A DNA stretch of 64,000 bases from Cyclobacteriaceae bacterium (GCA_023151255.1 JAKLJG010000013.1:1990-65989); one strand, 5' to 3'; counted from the first letter of the stretch, positions 8,970-17,970 are shown. Program-made: numbers and translations. Notes: generated by a model not told the origin, from the letters alone.

Positions 8970-10968
8970 TTTTAAAGAACAAATACTACAGGGTATTCCC
9001 GATCAGCTTCCTGCACCAAAAGAATATGATCGCACGATTAACCACGCGCCTAAACGCAAAAACATCCTTTCGGTAGCCGAAAAGAAACTGGCTGTACGAA
9101 ATGCTCTTCGTTATTTTCATCCGCGACACCACGAAGTACTCGCGCAGGAATTTTATAAGGAACTCCTTGACTTCGGCCGGATTTACATGTACCGCTTCCG
9201 GCCTGATTACCCCATGTATGCCCGCCCACTTTCAGCGTATCCATTCAAGTCATTGCAAGCCGGCAGCATTATGCTGATGATCCAAAACAACCTTGATCCG
9301 GCTGTTGCCCAACATCCGCATGAACTGATTACTTATGGCGGCAATGGTGCCGTATTCCAAAACTGGGCACAATACCTGCTCACCATGAAGTACTTGGCCA
9401 CCATGACAGACGATCAGACCCTGCATATGTACTCCGGCCATCCGATGGGTTTATTCCCTTCGTCAAAAGATGCACCCCGCGTAGTGGTTACCAATGGTAT
9501 GATGATCCCTAATTACTCAAAGCAGGACGACTGGGAGCGATACAATGCGCTGGGGGTAACCCAATATGGGCAAATGACGGCCGGATCGTATATGTACATC
9601 GGTCCCCAGGGAATTGTTCACGGCACAACAATAACAGTGCTGAATGCCGGCAGAAAAATAGCAAAGCAAGGGGAGGGCCTTGAAGGAAAACTCTTTGTTA
9701 CCTCCGGGCTTGGCGGCATGAGCGGGGCCCAGCCCAAGGCGGGCAACATTGCCGGATGTATAACCGTTGTTGCCGAGGTAAACGACAAAGCAACATTCAA
9801 GCGTCATCAACAGGGTTGGGTTGATGAGGTGATAAGCGATTTGGATGAACTTGTTGAGCGCGTAAAAAAGGCTAAGGCAGATAAGGAGGTTGTATCAATT
9901 GCCTACCGTGGTAACATCGTGGATGTTTGGGAAGTGTTTGATAAAAAGAATATTTATGTAGACTTGGGTTCCGATCAGACTTCCCTTCATAATCCATGGG
10001 CTGGCGGATATTACCCTGCCGGCCTATCGTTTGAAGAAGCGAACCGGTTAATGGCTACTGAGCCTGAAAAATTTAAACGTCATGTACAGGAATCCCTACG
10101 CAGGCAGGCTGCAGTCATCAACCGGCATGCCGCAAAAGGCACTTACTTTTTTGATTATGGAAATGCCTTCTTGCTGGAGGCTTCCCGTGCAGGGGCAGAT
10201 GTGATGGCACCTAATGGAATTGATTTCAGATACCCCTCGTATGTGCAGGACATTATGGGGCCCATGTGTTTTGACTACGGGTTTGGTCCGTTCAGGTGGG
10301 TATGTACTTCCGGCCAAGAAAGCGACCTTGAATATACTGATAAGCTGGCCGGGCAGGTGCTTGAGCAAATCTTTGTAACGGCTCCGGAAGAAATTCATCC
10401 TCAGCTTAACGACAATATCAGGTGGATTAAACAGGCTCGGCAAAACAAATTGGTGGTGGGCTCAAAAGCGCGTATCCTGTATGCTGATGCTGAAGGACGG
10501 ATAAAAATAGCAACAGCCTTCAATAAGGCTATCCGCGAAGGTAAAATAGGGCCTGTTGTACTGGGCCGTGATCACCACGATGTTTCCGGCACGGATAGCC
10601 CATATCGCGAAACATCAAATATTTATGATGGCTCAAAATTTACTGCCGATATGGCTATCCATAATGTTATTGGAGATTCTTTTCGTGGCGCGACCTGGGT
10701 ATCCATACACAATGGGGGAGGTGTAGGCTGGGGCGAAGTAATCAACGGAGGATTTGGCCTGTTACTGGACGGCACCCATGAAGCAGATAAGAAGTTAGAA
10801 AACATGCTTTACTTTGATGTGAACAACGGTATTGCGCGAAGGGCCTGGGCCGGTAGTAAACCGGCCATTTCCACAATCAGCAGGGAGGTGCAAGGTAACC
10901 TACGTTTTCAACCGACCGTTCCATACCCGGTAGAAGAAAATATTTTGTGCTACAATGTATTATCTTAG
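8947..10968 (+). CDS. hutU: urocanate hydratase (long Bacteroidota form)
   Basis: 673 aa with urocanase-typical blocks (HPHELITYGGNGAVFQNW, GLGGMSGAQPKA, GRDHHDVSGTDSPYRETS). It overlaps the patatin gene by 23 nt. No hutH or hutI is present in the window. Confidence 0.9.
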   Translation: MPVNTTLDFKEQILQGIPDQLPAPKEYDRTINHAPKRKNILSVAEKKLAVRNALRYFHPRHHEVLAQEFYKELLDFGRIYMYRFRPDYPMYARPLSAYPFKSLQAGSIMLMIQNNLDPAVAQHPHELITYGGNGAVFQNWAQYLLTMKYLATMTDDQTLHMYSGHPMGLFPSSKDAPRVVVTNGMMIPNYSKQDDWERYNALGVTQYGQMTAGSYMYIGPQGIVHGTTITVLNAGRKIAKQGEGLEGKLFVTSGLGGMSGAQPKAGNIAGCITVVAEVNDKATFKRHQQGWVDEVISDLDELVERVKKAKADKEVVSIAYRGNIVDVWEVFDKKNIYVDLGSDQTSLHNPWAGGYYPAGLSFEEANRLMATEPEKFKRHVQESLRRQAAVINRHAAKGTYFFDYGNAFLLEASRAGADVMAPNGIDFRYPSYVQDIMGPMCFDYGFGPFRWVCTSGQESDLEYTDKLAGQVLEQIFVTAPEEIHPQLNDNIRWIKQARQNKLVVGSKARILYADAEGRIKIATAFNKAIREGKIGPVVLGRDHHDVSGTDSPYRETSNIYDGSKFTADMAIHNVIGDSFRGATWVSIHNGGGVGWGEVINGGFGLLLDGTHEADKKLENMLYFDVNNGIARRAWAGSKPAISTISREVQGNLRFQPTVPYPVEENILCYNVLS

Positions 10969-11009
10969 ACAAATTTTAATTATTAGCTAACTTTTAATTA
11001 CTTACAATT

Positions 11010-11772
11010 ATGAAAAAATGTAGTTTTATTATTCCCTTTGTTTTGGTTGCTTCTCTTAGCTTTGGCCAGGCCGAATTTTCACTTGGGGTAAAAGGTGGAC
11101 TAAACTTTGCCAAGTTTAATGTTGAGGACATTGGCGGTTCAGTAAAAGGTAAGACCGGATTTCATGGTGGAGCATTCGCATTAGTTAAGTTCACCAAAAT
11201 AGGTATTCAACCTGAATTGATTTTTTCACAACAGGGTTCAAAATTTACATTTGATGGTAGCGATGTAGAAAGCAATTTTGATTATATTAATATTCCCGTA
11301 ATTCTGAAGATTTACTTGCTGGCCGGCTTAAATCTGCAAGTAGGTCCACAGTTCGGATTTTTGAGCAAAGGGCATCCAACCAGAGCTATTGTACTCCCTG
11401 CAGGGAAGTGAATACGACATACCAAGTGTGGAAGGTAAACTATCACTGGCATATGTAAATGTCCCTGTTTTGTTACGGTATAGTATCAACGATTTATTGA
11501 GTCTGCATGTTGGCCCCCAGTTTGGCTTCCTGATGAATGCCGAAGAAGAGTTTGATGGGGATACAGCAGATGTTAAAGATGATTTTAAAAGCAGTGATAT
11601 TTCCGGAGCTTTCGGTATTGAGGTTGATTTGCCAATGAAAATCGGATTTGGAGCAAGGTATGTGCTGGGGCTTTCTAATGCACTAACCGATGATGGCAGT
11701 TTTGGAAATGCTGAATTGAAGAACAGCACTATCCAGGTTTATGCTAAGTTCCAGCTAAAGAGTGCTAACTAA
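11010..11772 (+). pseudogene. porin-family (OMP_b-brl_2-like) beta-barrel gene interrupted by a 1-nt frameshift
   Basis: Two overlapping ORFs (11010-11411 and 11389-11772) both look like one beta-barrel family. The second frame, read upstream of its TTG, gives AKGIQPELLYSLQGSEY. That continues ...GPQFGFLSK from the first frame if one G of AAAGGG (11367-11372) is removed, since 763-1 = 254 codons. Confidence 0.6.
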
Positions 11773-11794
11773 AGTGATGTATTTTTTTGAGGTA

Positions 11795-11824
11795 AAAAAG
11801 CCGGAGAATTTCCCGGCTTTTTTA
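11795..11824. terminator. bidirectional rho-independent terminator (OMP gene and tyrS converge here)
   Basis: AAAAAGCCGG/CCGGCTTTTT stem with an 8-nt loop, and A/T runs on both sides. Confidence 0.75.
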
Positions 11825-13108
11825 TTTCAGAACAACTAAATAGTAATTCTTCTTCCCTTTTTGAGCCAGCAAATACCGGTTGTGCAGTAACCTGAATTCG
11901 CTTTTCTGATTAGGGTCACTTATTTTCAATTTATTAACACTCACGCCACCTCCCTGGATCATTTTTCGTGCTTCGCCTTTGGATGGGAAGATCATGCCTT
12001 GTGTAATTTCACTAAGCAGATCAGTTACACTAGGCTGCCGGTCAAATTCACTTCGGGCAATGGTTACTTGCGGAACACCCTCAAGTACAGTTAGCAGGGT
12101 ATCCTCATCCAATTCCTCGAGGTCGGTTGTGGTAGACTGCCCAAACAGGATAGATGATGCCTTGATTGCGCGCGCCAAGTCATCCTTCGAATGAACGCGG
12201 ATGGTAATATCTTCAGCCAGCGCCAACTGCAGTTTGCGTAAATGCGGGGCAGCAGCATGTTCCCTGGTCAATTCCTCAATTTCGTCTCGGCCTTTCAGTG
12301 TAAACACCTTAATCATATTGGCAGCATCTTCGTCTGAAAGATTTAACCAGTACTGGTAAAATTTGTAGGACGAAGTTCGTTTGGCATCCAGCCATACATT
12401 GCCAGATTCTGTTTTGCCAAACTTGGTGCCATCGGCTTTTTTAATCAGCGAAGTGGTTAGGGCAAAGGCATCGCCATTGGCTTTTCTGCGGATTAATTCG
12501 GTACCCGTAACGATGTTACCCCATTGGTCAGAGCCGCCCATCTGTAGTTTGCAGTTTTTGTGGGTGTAGAGGTAGTAGAAGTCGTAGCCTTGTACTAACT
12601 GATAGCTAAATTCAGTAAACGATAAGCCGGTTTCAAGCCGGTTCTTTACAGAATCTTTGGCCATCATGTAATTAATGGTAATGTGTTTACCTACTTCCCT
12701 GATAAAATCAAGAAACAGGAAATCTTTAAACCAATCATAATTATTAACCAGTTCGGCTCCGTACTTCCCGGATCCAAAATCAAGAAATTTTTCAAGCTGG
12801 CTTTTCACACAGGATTCATTATGCCGTAAAACCTCCTCTGTTAAGAGGTTGCGTTCAGCAGATTTACCTGACGGGTCGCCTACCATACCCGTAGCACCGC
12901 CTACCAGGGCAATGGGTTTATGACCGCACTGCTGAAAGTGAACCAGCGTTAAAATCTGGGCTAAGTGACCAATGTGGAGTGAATCAGCGGTTGGGTCAAA
13001 TCCAATATATCCGGCTGTCGGCTCTTTACCTAGTTGTTCTTCAGTGCCGGGCATGATATCGTGCAACATGCCCCGCCATTTAAGCTCCTCAACAAAATTT
13101 TTTTGCAT
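11822..13108 (-). CDS. tyrS: tyrosine--tRNA ligase
   Basis: 428 aa with the HIGH motif (LHIGHLAQ), a KMSKS-like motif (KFGKTESG), and a C-terminal S4-like domain. Confidence 0.93.
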   Translation of the reverse strand: MQKNFVEELKWRGMLHDIMPGTEEQLGKEPTAGYIGFDPTADSLHIGHLAQILTLVHFQQCGHKPIALVGGATGMVGDPSGKSAERNLLTEEVLRHNESCVKSQLEKFLDFGSGKYGAELVNNYDWFKDFLFLDFIREVGKHITINYMMAKDSVKNRLETGLSFTEFSYQLVQGYDFYYLYTHKNCKLQMGGSDQWGNIVTGTELIRRKANGDAFALTTSLIKKADGTKFGKTESGNVWLDAKRTSSYKFYQYWLNLSDEDAANMIKVFTLKGRDEIEELTREHAAAPHLRKLQLALAEDITIRVHSKDDLARAIKASSILFGQSTTTDLEELDEDTLLTVLEGVPQVTIARSEFDRQPSVTDLLSEITQGMIFPSKGEARKMIQGGGVSVNKLKISDPNQKSEFRLLHNRYLLAQKGKKNYYLVVLK

Positions 13109-13125
13109 GTTGATAAATTGCTTGG

Positions 13126-13154
13126 CAAAGATATAAATTGGGCTGATTCACAAA
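13126..13154 (-). promoter_or_regulatory. Bacteroidota-type promoter for tyrS (TTTG-N17-TATCTTTG)
   Basis: On the minus strand, TATCTTTG (13133-13126) lies 17 nt upstream of the ATG. A TTTG (13154-13151) sits 17 nt further upstream. The -7 octamer is identical to the one at tRNA-Asp. Confidence 0.55.
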
Positions 13155-13254
13155 GAATAATTTGCACAAGCGTTAGGATGCAGACGAAAAATCAAGAGCA
13201 GTAAACCTGCATACCTCTACAAAAATTTTGAACAAAATCTTGTTCCTGCTTCGT

Positions 13255-13899
13255 TCAAACTATCATCGGGCTTTCAATCTGATAGATTGGTGGTAGTTTG
13301 GTTGAACTGTCAAAACTTACATCCAGATCTTTAATAATGCCTGTTTTTAAACTGTATACCCATCCATGAACAACAGGTGAATTTCGGGTACGCCAGGCGT
13401 TTTGTATAATCGAGGTTTTGCTGAGATCAAAAACCTGCTCCATAACATTTAGTTCAACCAGGCGGTCAAAGCGTGCATCTTCATCCGCTATGGCATCCAG
13501 TTCGGTCTGGTGCAGGCGGTAAACGTCTTTTATATTCCTGAGCCAGTTATCAATAATACCGAACTGCTGGCTGCCCATCGCTGCCTTAACGCCTCCGCAA
13601 CCGTAATGTCCGCAAACTATAACATGACGTACATGCAAAACATTTACCGAATAATCCAGCACGCTAAGCATATTCATATCGGTATGCACTACCATGTTGG
13701 CAATGTTTCGGTGAACAAAAATCTCACCGGGCTTTGTACCGGTTATTTCGTTGGCCGGCACACGGCTGTCGGAGCAGCCAATCCAAAGTACTTGCGGACT
13801 TTGGCCTTTAGCCAGGTTGTTAAAAAACTCTGGGTCTTCAAGCAGTCGCTGATTAACCCACTTTTTATTTCCCTCTAATAGGGCTTTGTAAATTTCCAT
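13255..13899 (-). CDS. beta-class carbonic anhydrase
   Basis: 214 aa with the zinc-ligand motifs CSDSR and HYGCGG. Confidence 0.9.
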   Translation of the reverse strand: MEIYKALLEGNKKWVNQRLLEDPEFFNNLAKGQSPQVLWIGCSDSRVPANEITGTKPGEIFVHRNIANMVVHTDMNMLSVLDYSVNVLHVRHVIVCGHYGCGGVKAAMGSQQFGIIDNWLRNIKDVYRLHQTELDAIADEDARFDRLVELNVMEQVFDLSKTSIIQNAWRTRNSPVVHGWVYSLKTGIIKDLDVSFDSSTKLPPIYQIESPMIV

Positions 13900-13914
13900 A
13901 GTGTATTGTATTAA

Positions 13915-15219
13915 TTAACCTGTTACTAGTTTTGAATGTTGTGCTACTGGTTCTTCCAGTGTTGGCTCCGCATCGCTTATTTTCCAAAAATATTTTACAA
14001 TATAAAACAAGAGTGTACCGGAAATTACGGCTACGTTAAGATCGATAAGCACAGTTACCAATGTGGTGTAGGCAATAATTCCTAATTGCATATTTCGTTG
14101 TGCTGACTGGTACCATCGGTTACTTATGTAACTCTTAATGAATTCTTTATCACTTACATCTAACCCTGCCTTTAATAAAACGCCCATAAAAACGGCTGCC
14201 GGTACCAAGGCCAGGTAATCTTTAAATGCAATAATGCTAAGCAATGCAAACACACCAATCAACACACCGGCCACTCGGCTTTGAGCACCTTCTTTAATAA
14301 GTAGTACGGAGCGGATTGTGGCCTGAGCGCCTGGTATGCCCTGCAGAAGTCCGGCCGCACCATTGGCAATGCCTTGGGCAACCAATTCCCTGTTGAGGTT
14401 TGATTTTTCTTTGGTTAGACGGTCAACCACCAGGGCGGTAAGTAGGGAATCCAAATAGGCCAGCAGGGCCAGTTCCAGGGCAAAGGGGAGTGCCATAAAA
14501 ATGTACTTAGGCTGAAGAATTTCTGCCGGAAAGTAGTTGGTTAAGGTGTTCAGAAATTCGTGCAGGGTGGCTGCAGTAGCACCAAGTTGAACTTTTTCAA
14601 CCTGAAGATTGAAAACAACCGAGACAACCGTCATAATTAATATACTGAATAGTACCCCTGAAATAAGGGAACGCAAGATGGGGCGAAGCGCAACCCGTTT
14701 TGTTAACCAGATTATCCCGAATATTAATGCAAAGGTTATAATAACTAAAAGCAGATTTATACCCATGCCGCCTGCCATTACCGGCTTGTTAATAGCAAAT
14801 GCCCTTTTGAATTGATCGAACCAAATCAATACAGCAATGCCATTCATGAAGCCAAGAATAACAACGTTTGGAATTAGTGCAATAAACCGCCCAATACGAG
14901 CGAGTCCTGCCACCATAAGCAACCCGGCATTAAGTATAAATACGAGTGTAATAAACTGCTCGGCCAATTCTTTAACCGGAAACTGGTCGTAGGCAAAGGC
15001 AACCGTCAATGCCGATACAGCCGTCATAGGGGCGGTAGGCCCAGATGCCTGCAGGCGTGTGCCACCAAACAATGAAGTGATTATCGGTATAATTGCCGCA
15101 GAGATCATGCCGGCAAATGCGCCTCTGCCCGACATCACACCGAATGCAGCACCAAGTGAAATGGCAGCAAAACTTACAGTTAATCCCGAAGTAATATCAG
15201 GCAAAAGCCGTCTGAGCAT
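13915..15219 (-). CDS. SulP-family anion transporter, apparently without a STAS domain
   Basis: The sequence is polytopic and SulP-like throughout. I prefer the ATG at 15219 (MLRRLLPDITSGL...) over the track start at 15270, which lies inside an intergenic stem-loop. The protein ends about 25 aa after the last hydrophobic segment. Confidence 0.8.
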   Translation of the reverse strand: MLRRLLPDITSGLTVSFAAISLGAAFGVMSGRGAFAGMISAAIIPIITSLFGGTRLQASGPTAPMTAVSALTVAFAYDQFPVKELAEQFITLVFILNAGLLMVAGLARIGRFIALIPNVVILGFMNGIAVLIWFDQFKRAFAINKPVMAGGMGINLLLVIITFALIFGIIWLTKRVALRPILRSLISGVLFSILIMTVVSVVFNLQVEKVQLGATAATLHEFLNTLTNYFPAEILQPKYIFMALPFALELALLAYLDSLLTALVVDRLTKEKSNLNRELVAQGIANGAAGLLQGIPGAQATIRSVLLIKEGAQSRVAGVLIGVFALLSIIAFKDYLALVPAAVFMGVLLKAGLDVSDKEFIKSYISNRWYQSAQRNMQLGIIAYTTLVTVLIDLNVAVISGTLLFYIVKYFWKISDAEPTLEEPVAQHSKLVTG

Positions 15220-15268
15220 AAATTGGTAGAGTAGTTGAAGTAAGTGAATTAGCCGAGCCCACCAGGGC

Positions 15269-15296
15269 AAGGGTAAGCGTACACAGCCTTACCCTT
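15269..15296. other. intergenic stem-loop (9-bp stem AAGGGTAAG/CTTACCCTT)
   Basis: Perfect 9-bp inverted repeat with a 10-nt loop, between the stop of the 121-aa ORF and the SulP start. No flanking T-run follows it on the minus strand. Confidence 0.4.
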
Positions 15297-15660
15297 AAAA
15301 ATGCGCCTGCTCAGGAGGTGTCAGCACAATGTCAATAGCCAAATCCAATAATTTTAAAGTTGAAATAAACTGATACAACTTACTGGAAATCAATGAAGAA
15401 TACGTATTAATATTAAACGTAATTCGATATATGAACTTAGCATCGTCCAGACTTTCAGTTACACCCTCCTGAGAATTGTCGCTCTCTTCTTCCATCCCTG
15501 AATTAGCCAGCAAGCTTAGGATGTGTGCGTATAGAGCCGGATTACTTTGCTTTAAATTGGCAGCATGCATTTCGGTGAAGAGAAGGCTGAGGTTAAAAAA
15601 TACCAACCCTGTTACGAAGCTTACCAAAAACCTGATTGCAGAACTGCGCAAGAGATGCAT
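15295..15660 (-). CDS. hypothetical membrane protein
   Basis: 121-aa ORF with one N-terminal hydrophobic helix and no recognisable family. Confidence 0.45.
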   Translation of the reverse strand: MHLLRSSAIRFLVSFVTGLVFFNLSLLFTEMHAANLKQSNPALYAHILSLLANSGMEEESDNSQEGVTESLDDAKFIYRITFNINTYSSLISSKLYQFISTLKLLDLAIDIVLTPPEQAHF

Positions 15661-15730
15661 ACGTTCAAAAGTACCACAATTTCAACAAAATTGACCAGAA
15701 TTTACTTTATTGAGCACAAACTGATGACCA

Positions 15731-16201
15731 ATGGAACAACCCGATGCCCTTAAACTTGTAGCCGAATTTCACCGTACTTTTAAACATCCTATCCTGCCAG
15801 GCCCGTCCATTCCCTCGGAAGACCGGTGCAGGCTCCGTGTTGCCTTGTTGGCCGAAGAAGTAAAGGAACTTGAGGTGGCCGTTTTGGAAAAGGATATTGT
15901 TGGTGTAGCCGATGCCCTATGCGATATTCAATATGTTCTATCCGGGGCAATTCTCGAGTTTGGACTGGCTGATAAGTTCAAGGCATTATTCGAAGAGGTG
16001 CAGCGGTCAAATATGAGTAAAGCCTGTAACAACGAGGAAGAAGCTAAAGCTACCGTGGCTTATTACAAGGATAAAGACGGAACAGTTTGTTATTACAGGC
16101 AAGAAGGTGAAAAATGGCTGGTCTATCGCCAATCGGATAATAAAACCATAAAATCCATAAACTATAGCCCTGCTGATTTAGAGCGCATTCTTCAGACGTA
16201 A
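15731..16201 (+). CDS. MazG-like nucleoside triphosphate pyrophosphohydrolase family protein
   Basis: 156 aa with an all-alpha MazG/PRA-PH-like N-terminal half carrying an EExxE-type acidic motif (LLAEEVKELEVA ... DALCD). The family assignment is by eye. Confidence 0.6.
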   Translation: MEQPDALKLVAEFHRTFKHPILPGPSIPSEDRCRLRVALLAEEVKELEVAVLEKDIVGVADALCDIQYVLSGAILEFGLADKFKALFEEVQRSNMSKACNNEEEAKATVAYYKDKDGTVCYYRQEGEKWLVYRQSDNKTIKSINYSPADLERILQT

Positions 16202-16419
16202 AACTCGATTTGAAAGTCGGTTTCAGAGTTTGCAACCGGCAGGGGTTTTATACCCAAAATCCGTAAGGAGTTATAGGCCTTAATAAACTCCGACCGGCTT
16301 ATTCGAACCTTGCTCACTCCCGGTTTAATACGGTGGTACTGCATCCGCCCGGACCTATTGGCCGTGGCGCTGTACATAAGCTCAAATTGAGGCGTAATAG
16401 GGGAGGGGATATACCGCAT
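16192..16419 (-). CDS. small hypothetical protein (75 aa), second gene of a coupled pair
   Basis: I prefer the internal ATG at 16419 (MRYIPSPITPQ...), which overlaps the upstream stop as TAATG. The 3' end overlaps the convergent MazG-like gene by 10 nt. Confidence 0.45.
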   Translation of the reverse strand: MRYIPSPITPQFELMYSATANRSGRMQYHRIKPGVSKVRISRSEFIKAYNSLRILGIKPLPVANSETDFQIEFYV

Positions 16420-16667
16420 TACCGATATATATTCCTGAATTCGGTATGGATCATGAAGTTCTGCTTGGCATTGTACTGCGCCAGCAACGAATACGCCCAA
16501 TTCGGTACATAGTTAAAACGATCCCTGTATTCCTCGATTTTAGTGCACAATTCCTGCACATAAAAGCGTATTTGGTCAAGGTTACGGCATTCCGAAGGAC
16601 GCTCAAAATTACGGGAAGTAAAACTCCTTAGCTCCAATTCCAGTTTGCGTTTTTCCAGGTCAGTCAT
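16419..16667 (-). CDS. small hypothetical helical protein (82 aa), first gene of a coupled pair
   Basis: ATG-initiated ORF with charged, helix-forming composition and no recognisable family. Two palindromes lie directly upstream. Confidence 0.5.
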   Translation of the reverse strand: MTDLEKRKLELELRSFTSRNFERPSECRNLDQIRFYVQELCTKIEEYRDRFNYVPNWAYSLLAQYNAKQNFMIHTEFRNIYR

Positions 16668-16674
16668 AAGTTAA

Positions 16675-16690
16675 TGTGTATTATTGCACA
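16675..16690. promoter_or_regulatory. operator-like palindrome 1 (TGTGTATTATTGCACA)
   Basis: 12 of 16 positions are symmetric with TGTG/CACA ends. It lies 8 nt upstream of the 82-aa ORF start and abuts a -7-like box (minus-strand TATTATTG, 16696-16689). Confidence 0.4.
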
Positions 16691-16726
16691 ATAATACAGT
16701 ATATTACTCTTATTAAAAAATATTAA

Positions 16727-16742
16727 TGTGCAAAATTGCACA
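16727..16742. promoter_or_regulatory. operator-like palindrome 2 (TGTGCAAAATTGCACA)
   Basis: 14 of 16 positions are symmetric (TGTGCAA/TTGCACA arms). It is part of a ~22-bp direct repeat TTAATGTGyAwwATTGCACAAT shared with palindrome 1. The two centres are 52 bp apart. Confidence 0.4.
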
Positions 16743-16765
16743 ATTTTTTACAAAAAAACCTCTTG

Positions 16766-16791
16766 AGGTCAAAAACAGCTTAATTTGACCT
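16766..16791 (-). terminator. stem-loop downstream of the 48-aa ORF (possible terminator)
   Basis: AGGTCAAA/TTTGACCT 8-bp stem with a 10-nt loop. On the minus strand a T8 run follows after 7 nt. Confidence 0.35.
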
Positions 16792-16821
16792 AATCCATTT
16801 TAAATCAGGGTACTATACTGG

Positions 16822-16968
16822 CTATCCTAGCGAGTTGGTTGTAACCCAATAGCGAAAAGCAACAATTGCTTTATCAAATTTGGTAAGGCGGGAAAGGTCT
16901 TTACGACTTATCCTGGGCAGCAGCACTTTGTTGAGTTGGGCTAAGGCCCGGAAGAATATTTTGCGCAT
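16822..16968 (-). CDS. possible small protein (48 aa)
   Basis: Below the track cutoff, translated by hand as MRKIFFRALAQLNKVLLPRISRKDLSRLTKFDKAIVAFRYWVTTNSLG. It has an ATG start and a stem-loop plus T-run downstream. There is no other support. Confidence 0.3.
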   Translation of the reverse strand: MRKIFFRALAQLNKVLLPRISRKDLSRLTKFDKAIVAFRYWVTTNSLG

Positions 16969-17038
16969 AGGGGCAATAATTAAGATGTCCCAATCGTATT
17001 CCTTATCTTTCCATCAAAAATAATCATAAAACTGCGTT

Positions 17039-17932
17039 ATGGATTATATTGAAATGAGCCCCTTTTTAGTAGCATGGAACAACGCCATGATTCTGGGTTC
17101 CATTATAATGGTTGCAGCAGGCATAGTTATTTACCTGCTGCATAATATCAAGGTTTCCAGCATTGCCGAATACCACCTTAAGTACGACTACATAAACGCC
17201 AAAGAGATAAAGACCTATAAACTTGTTTTCTACTGCTTTGGTGTTGCTGTAACGCTGGCCATCAACCTGTATGGTATGCATGAAATGAAGCAGGTTGAAG
17301 TATGGTTTTTTACACGCCTGTTTATGTCAATTGCCGGAGGTACGCTGGTGGCCTATGTGTCGTACCTGGTCCTTGAATACTATTATCCGACTAAACTAGA
17401 TAAAAAGTTGAAACGCTACCGGCTGGCACCCCGTATCAACCCAAAGACAGGCAACAAAATGCGCCTGTTGAGCGAAGAAGAGGAGGATGTACACCTTGAC
17501 GAAGGCATGATTGCCGAAGAAAATGTGTTTTCAATTGATTATGATGTTTGGATTGATGAAAAAACCGGTGATGTAAAAATTGAAAAATACCAGGGCCGGC
17601 TACAGGCCCTGAAGTGTAACACCTGTGGCTTTTATACCATGCGGGTTACCAAGGAAGAGGTTGTTAAAATGCCGTCAGGCACCGAACCGGGTGAACTTAT
17701 TAAACACTATCAATGTAGTTATTGCAAATCGGTTCGGGCAACCGCGTTCAACATCTCTACGAAAGAGGCAGAGGATTACAAAAAAGAGAAATTTAAGTTT
17801 CGGCAGAATAAAGATGTTGATTTGGTGAAAGTTGAAATCCACACCATTTCAGGCAATAAAAAACACTATGAGTTTCAAAACCTGGAAGAGGCCCAGAAAT
17901 TCCTCAACGAATTTGATTCTGGTAAATCATAA
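17039..17932 (+). CDS. hypothetical membrane protein with a C-terminal CxxC...CxxC zinc-ribbon-like region
   Basis: 297 aa with three N-terminal hydrophobic helices, then a cytoplasmic part containing CNTCGF...CSYCKS. Confidence 0.6.
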   Translation: MDYIEMSPFLVAWNNAMILGSIIMVAAGIVIYLLHNIKVSSIAEYHLKYDYINAKEIKTYKLVFYCFGVAVTLAINLYGMHEMKQVEVWFFTRLFMSIAGGTLVAYVSYLVLEYYYPTKLDKKLKRYRLAPRINPKTGNKMRLLSEEEEDVHLDEGMIAEENVFSIDYDVWIDEKTGDVKIEKYQGRLQALKCNTCGFYTMRVTKEEVVKMPSGTEPGELIKHYQCSYCKSVRATAFNISTKEAEDYKKEKFKFRQNKDVDLVKVEIHTISGNKKHYEFQNLEEAQKFLNEFDSGKS

Positions 17933-17970
17933 TCAGGCACACCATTTGCCAAAATGGCACTAAAGAAATT

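Noticed and set aside
15219-15270. Track start (15270) for the SulP gene.
   Set aside because: It uses a non-ATG codon inside a perfect intergenic stem-loop and adds a non-hydrophobic extension. The ATG at 15219 gives the conserved-looking N-terminus.
15731-16201. MazG-like pyrophosphohydrolase as phage-derived or part of an anti-phage system.
   Set aside because: No phage, integrase or defence genes flank it. Stand-alone MazG-like genes are common chromosomal housekeeping genes. Only its 3' overlap with the small gene pair is noted under findings.
16192-16500. Track version of the ORF as 102 aa starting at 16500.
   Set aside because: That start would overlap the upstream 82-aa ORF by 82 nt. 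The internal ATG at 16419 forms a TAATG junction and is the more parsimonious start.
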